Both the position numbers and the translations under genes were made by a program. Below the pieces are notes generated by a model. The model was not told the origin of the DNA. It made no database searches and saw nothing but the letters and a program-made list of their open reading frames with translations. This document shows positions 58,077-64,000 of a stretch of DNA of 64,000 nt, one piece after another. The stretch covers positions 11,780,001 to 11,844,000 of the forward strand of contig OZ296649.1 in the NCBI GenBank assembly GCA_965655095.1, in the 5' to 3' direction. Every line of letters begins with the position of its first letter. Position 1 is the stretch's first letter. This stretch comes from Haplodiscus bocki (taxonomy: Eukaryota).

Positions 58077-60476
58077 TCATTCGGCAGCAAATTTGTAGAT
58101 TTTCGTGGTGAAAAATCTCTGAGGTCTACAAGTTTTCGTTGAAACAACGCACTCAGCGAGAGAAGGATTAACAATGAAATCTATCGGAAGCCCGTAATGC
58201 CAACAAACATCTCTGCTCCATATCCAACAATTGTTTTCCTTCAATTCTGCAAATCTTTTGACAAATTAACCATCAGATTGATCGGACAATCTTGCCCTAC
58301 TCTGGGGTTCCTAATAAGCGGCACCCCCACTTAATGTTACAGACCTAAAATTACTAACACGCCGCCAACTGAACCCCCCCTCCCCCCAAGGAGGCTTAGA
58401 TATGCCAAGCGAAATTTCCACAAAACTTTCAAACTTTTAGATTTGAAGGGAGAAAATTTTTCATAAAATGGACTCTAACGTTTTCGTGAGCGGAACTGAA
58501 CAAAAATTCATCCCTCCAAAAGAAAAAAGACCCCCCGCTCAATAAAACTTTCCCGATGATTAGGAACCCAAGAGTACAACCGAGAAACAGTCTTCTAATA
58601 CTATATGTCACCTCATTGATTACCTAAACATTGGGGCGCCAACATTTTGGTTCTAGTTAACTTTACAGATAGTACTGAATCATCAGCTGTTATCAAAACA
58701 TTACAAGAGCGATAAAACACACACGTTTTCAGTACCAATTGGGAACATTAACATGAAACCCCATTCTGAAGGCATGAGACTTAAAGGTAGCAAAATTTTT
58801 CCAACCTCACCCACCTTTTGCGGAGAATCTTTTGTTCTTCTCTCATTCTCGAAAATGTCTTTCCCATCGAAGGCAAAAAGGAACTTTCGAATATTTCTTG
58901 GTATTTTTCTCGGGCCTAAACAACACATAAGGTTTTTCAAGAAATTAACTCAGAAACGAGGGCAATCATTGCATATGTCGGTCGGACCCCCACTTTTCAT
59001 CATGCAATATCTCGGTAATTGCAATTTGCGTCAGAAAACTCGACTTGGAATTTTTATTTTTCAAATGAAGTCTCAAGGCTGTGAGTGCAAGTTGCTATTT
59101 ATGACTCCAAAAACTGATTTTTAAATTTCATGACTTAGCAAGCTTTGTTTTTGGCTAGTATTGAAACCAGTATATTAACCACCTTCATATTTTCTTCTCG
59201 GGGATACATACCTGGCAACAGATTTTGCATACTCCTGGGAGGCACCTCTGACAAAATATAGGGGGGTTCTGGGGGACCCAGGTAACTAAGGATTACTGAC
59301 AACTGCACAGATAAGAAAAAAAAAGCGGCACTTACTTCTACAATGTCTTTGGTAAGATTGTGAAATTCTTTCTGGAGATCGGACAACTTTCCGCACAGTT
59401 CACTTGTCACTTTATTCACGTGAACTATGTCCAAGAACAAATTGCCCGCATGTTCGTGCCAGTCTTTGAAATTTTGCTTGAAAGCCTGAAGCAAAAATAA
59501 AAAATACCAAAACTTTTCAAGTGTGCCTACCAATTATTCTTGAGAATTATCAATTTAATCTTTAATCAAGTTCATGTTATTGGTACCTAAAAATGACAGC
59601 GACCACCGAAGTCGATTGAAATATTTTATTGAAGAGACGGCAACAGTTGACGTCAGTGCAAAGCAAGGCCTCATTTACAAGAATATTATAAGTCAGGAAC
59701 GCTCAAGTCGGCGCTGTTCATAAGGCTTAAAATATGTTAAAGGGGATGAAATGAGGAAAATAACAAAAACGGGACACTTTCTCGAAAGAATTTTTTGGAC
59801 ATTGCCAGTCTCGAACTGTATTTTATTGCTTCAAAGTCCGACCCTCTATATTACCAGGACACAACTTTCTTTTCAACGTCACCTTAAATTTTAGTTGAAT
59901 TTTTTGGACCTTTTAGCTGTGGAAAAAAGAAGTCACTGTAATAGACTGTTACAATATACTTATATCATAATAATAATTATACAATATAATATAATAATAT
60001 AAATATTTATAAATAAATAATTATAATAATAAATATAATATTATATAATATTTTATACTGTAATAATAATAGACTTGTTACTGAAGTAAAGCGCCGACTA
60101 AAAACACAAAAAAGTCATCAAAGACTTGATTGAATTCAAAAACTTAAGCTTCAATTAAACAATATTTTTTTTTCAAAATATCATAAACTTTCCTCGAAAT
60201 TGTATTTAGCTTTGGGCAACGACCAAAAAGCATCAACGGCTGGACCAAAAAGCATCAACGGATGGTTTTTATTCGGCACATGCCCAAAACATTTTAAATC
60301 GTTGCGAAAAATAAACGACTAACATGCAATAGAAGAATGGCTTCATTGTACAAACTGATCATTTTTTGTCTGAAACACGAATTGTTAACGTTCACAAAAC
60401 CAAACGACGCAAAGACCCGAATAATTTTGAAGTTACCTGTTATGTTTTTGATCCATGCTTGCAAATTGGCATTGCG
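58077..60476 (-). CDS. 3' exons of an unidentified spliced host gene
   Basis: Phase-compatible GT-AG exons 60437-60476, 60324-60369, 59336-59485, 59212-59302, 58811-58915 and 58077-58246 give an open frame ..QFASMDQKHNRQKMISLYNEAILLLHAFKQNFKDWHEH..PPEPPYILSEVPP..CWIWSRDVCWHYGLP..FAAE*. Upstream exons not resolved. Confidence 0.55.
58300..58574. mobile_element. 275-bp MITE with TA target site (intronic)
   Basis: 16-bp TIR CTCTGGGGTTCCTAAT / ATTAGGAACCCAAGAG (1 mismatch), TA on both sides. Confidence 0.8.
59950..60072. repeat. AT-only low-complexity tract (TAA/TA)
   Basis: Composition. Confidence 0.85.
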
Positions 60477-63400
60477 CTGAAACAAAGTATACAAAATACG
60501 CTAGTTAAAATTATTTAAAAAATTAGAAAGGATGATTACAGTGATCACTTCAAATGTTTCACTTTTGAATGTATTCTCGTTTAAGCTTCCTGTAAAACAT
60601 TCTACTTCTCATATAAAAAGACTTGGAGCGACATACATTTTGGGACTTTTGGCGCCTATTTCACTAAAAGTTCAATACCATGCCCTGCGGGGATTGATGG
60701 CCGACGTAATTAACCAAAATCCAGAAAACAATTTGATTTGACCACTGAAAAAATGGTGAAAATGCCTGAAAATGGGGGTCTCAAACTCTGAATATTCGTT
60801 TGGATTGAATTTCCATCAAATAAAAGCTTTTGTAATCTTATAAATAAAAAAGACTTTAAAAAGGCTAATTTTTGCTCAGGAGCTCAATCAATTGAAATCA
60901 GTACTGTATGCGCAGCGATAGATTCATGTTGCAAAATGATCACAAAATAGGTTTGAATCTTAAACTAAGTTCGAAAGTGATCTGCTTTTGTTTAAGAAAC
61001 GGAATCTGAGCACAAAATATGAAAAATGATGCCAATGCCCTAACAAAGGACCAAAGTCGATCAAAGCTTTCTGCAAGATTTGATATGTTCTGATTCAAAT
61101 ACCTTGCCGGTGGAACTTTCCGGCACGATCTATTTCATGGACCTCAGAGACTTGAATGAGCACCAAAAAATCTCCCCTTTGCATCGTGGTTACTTGCTTC
61201 GATAAACACGTAAATTCTTTTAAGCTGATCAAATTTTAAGATAGTAGCACATCAGCTGTTGACCGAATGCCTATTGGCTGAACTCATTGGATGATTCTAT
61301 CCACGTATAAAGTAGTTGAACAAACTTCCAGCAGCGCATGGAGAAGTTGGAAAAAAAGCAGCAGTCGGGCAAACATCACATGAAGTTTCATGTTTCATCG
61401 GGGGACAAACTACCTTTAATTGCTACCTTAATCTTCAGGTGTGAGAGTTTATACTGTATTTGTCTGAATAAAAGTCGCAGCATTTAATTGAAAGTCGGTT
61501 CCATTTCCGGAAAATTCTGGAAAAAAGCTTCAACAAGGTCTATAGTACAAGTTTTGGACATCAACGTTAACATTACGATAATTGAAACGCTGGAGATGAA
61601 CGCACGACAGCACGTAGTTGAATCATTCAGCAATGACTTCAGTTTCAGTATTTTGAGATAATTCATATAAAAGTTACGGCTTGCCTTCGATGGCGGCTTT
61701 AATTTTGAAAAATCGCAATTGCGGCTTTTATTCGAATGAAAAGGGTGCTTAAGTGATGAACAATTTTCCAATGAGCCGAAATGCATCGAACCTGAGGACA
61801 GCATGAAATCTGCAAAATTACAGGTGCTCATATCTTAACCACTTGATGAAAAGATAGGCAGTGAGACAAATAGTACTGTCTCCTACACATTCCAACCGCA
61901 GGGAAAAGTCACTAACGTTTATTCTGCAGTTTCTGACGGCAGATCTTGCCAAAAATATCTCTAGCATCTTGATTTATCAGCCCCATTCTTTTAACACTAA
62001 AACAGAATCTCAAACTGATTATAAAGATTTGAACAACCTGATTTGAAAGGCCGATTATAGCACGAGAATACGTTGAAGTCAAAATGAGGGCTAGGCAACA
62101 GAAAGCATGTTCTTTCGGGCTTCCAAATTTACCTTTAGTTCCGTTTCGAGTTTCGACACCCACTACTCGATTTATCCGAATCATGGTAAAGCGATACAAA
62201 CAGCACGAGATCCATTCGAAATTTATTGGACAATATTAGGTTGGGTCCCCATTTGCACACTACTTCACTGCGTAATAACACATCAGACCGTTAATACACG
62301 TCAATACGGTTACATATCAAAATCTCCTACATTATCTTTACGCCCAGACGCACGAGCGTCATTAAGTTAATTTGTAAAGTAATCTCCATCAACTAGGAAA
62401 TTTTGGCATTGGAAATTTTGACATGGTATTTTTTCATTAGAACATATAGTCAAAAGGAAATTAATTTTGTTACACTATGAGCAAGACACACGGCAACAAC
62501 CGGGATGTTTTAACCCCTCTAACTTTGTTTAAAAAGCGTTTTAGATTCAAAAAAACATTCCACAGCAAGATTACAGTTTTTTCCAAGTTAAAAAAACAAA
62601 ACCCTAAACATCTGTCGAAAAAAGCATTAGTGGGAACTATTACCCATCTATAAGCAATCTTCAACAAACTTGCATTTTTTCTTGCTTCGAAAAGTTATCG
62701 TAAAATTTTCAGACTTTTTATAACAAAACCATTTAATTTGGTAGAGAAGGCGTTTTGAACAACTATTAGTAATTCAACGCATTTCAGAGCAGATTTGCTG
62801 TAAGTTGGTGAGAAAAAAACCAAAGTTAGCAATCGCACAGTTTGCGAAATTTCTCTGAATCTTGCAACTGGCAAGCAAATGTAAAAAAGCGCACTCATCG
62901 AGATTTTCACCTATATTATAAACATGGCGGAAAGTAAAAAAAACAAACGTCGTTCAACATTTCACATACTTCTACAGCTATCACAAGCTATCAAGCAATA
63001 TATGCCAGTTACTCTGAAAGAAATTCAAACGCATCTAAGTAATCACTCAAGAATCATTCTTTACAAGTTCATGTGTGTTCCTTCTGCAATCGATACAACT
63101 TTTTCATATTTCATCTTGCTTCCTACTAGGTTGGGCCAATTCGGTTGTTTCCAAAAATTGGATCGCGCCAGTTATTTTGATAGAACTCGAATTGGTCAAT
63201 CTCCCAATCGAATGGTCATTCTGTTTATCCATTCTCATATAATCTATTCACAAAAAAACACTATCCCCTTTGTTTGCCACTTTTCTCCATTAAAAGATGC
63301 AACGTTGTAATTTAACCGGCGCCACGTTAACCGAGCGCCCTTCAAACAGATATTCATTTTGCGTATTGTGCTAAAAGCTATCTTGGTTCGGCGAAAACTG

Positions 63401-64000
63401 AGGACATCGCTGTAACTACGTTGCTATTTCAAATTCAAACAAATTGCAGGACGCTTAACAGAGGCTGCATCTGTACGGCCATGACACCGTCACTTGATAT
63501 AATAAGGGGAGTCAAGCCATTGTGTCATAATTCGCATGACACAGAGACCTTCAGCAGTTTGCCGCGTTCCGCAGAGTTCAAAACTAAAGCAGTGGATTGC
63601 ATCTGTGTCAGTGACGTGGATATCAAATGATGCGTCTCTATGGTTCCCGTGTTCCAAATATGATCACATCTCCAACTAATGCAGGCTGGCTTTCTTGAAA
63701 ATACATTAAGTGGTAGTCTTTTATATTGCCAAGGAAAAAAGATGACAAGTCACCGACTGTCCCTATATTCGTTGTCTCAGAAAGAAAAGAGATTCTTTCT
63801 TACAGGAAAGCCCGTGTTGTAATGTGAAACCTGCTCCACAGCCATCACATTTTGTTGGCAATTTTGAGGTTGCATGTTGGAGTGGGATAGCCTGAAATAT
63901 TCTTCAGTGCAAAATTTTGCTTGTTGGACTGGCTGGTTAGCCAGGAAGATGCTAGAAAAATAATCGAACTCTGTAAAGTTCTTCTTCGCAGCTGACTGAG

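Noticed and set aside
60221-60261. 19-bp direct repeat GACCAAAAAGCATCAACGG x2
   Set aside because: Simple local intronic duplication with no further structure.
61000-64000. Further upstream exons of the host gene (e.g. ORF 61484-61831)
   Set aside because: Candidate splice sites exist but I could not build a stop-free, phase-consistent chain.

Overview
AT-rich eukaryotic (probably invertebrate animal) DNA made almost entirely of repeats and mobile elements; not prokaryotic. From left to right: (1) a ~2.02-kb-unit tandem array (1-~9.93 kb) with alternating A/B monomer variants; (2) a three-level nest of DNA transposons (Tc1/pogo-type MITE > Mutator-type MITE > internally deleted hAT); (3) a full-length but decayed 14.6-kb Polinton/Maverick (pPolB with an endonuclease-VII-like insert, protease, major and minor capsid, integrase, packaging ATPase) that also carries a decayed type-I membrane glycoprotein-like gene; (4) a truncated Penelope-like element, duplicated across a 200-N gap; (5) inserted in the second Penelope copy, an 18.9-kb minus-strand Gypsy-type LTR element with a complex, retrovirus-like genome: 2.6/3.0-kb LTRs, gag, -1-frameshifted pol with a TARG1-like macrodomain remnant, a class III (gB/chuvirus-like) env, several accessory ORFs (one antisense) and a captured TRAF (MATH) exon behind a splice acceptor. 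It shows only a 2-bp target duplication, and its LTRs are near-identical in U3 but roughly 8-10% diverged in R-U5; (6) the 3' exons of an unidentified spliced host gene on the minus strand at 58-60.5 kb. All protein assignments are by-eye motif recognition; no searches were run, and percent identities are visual estimates.
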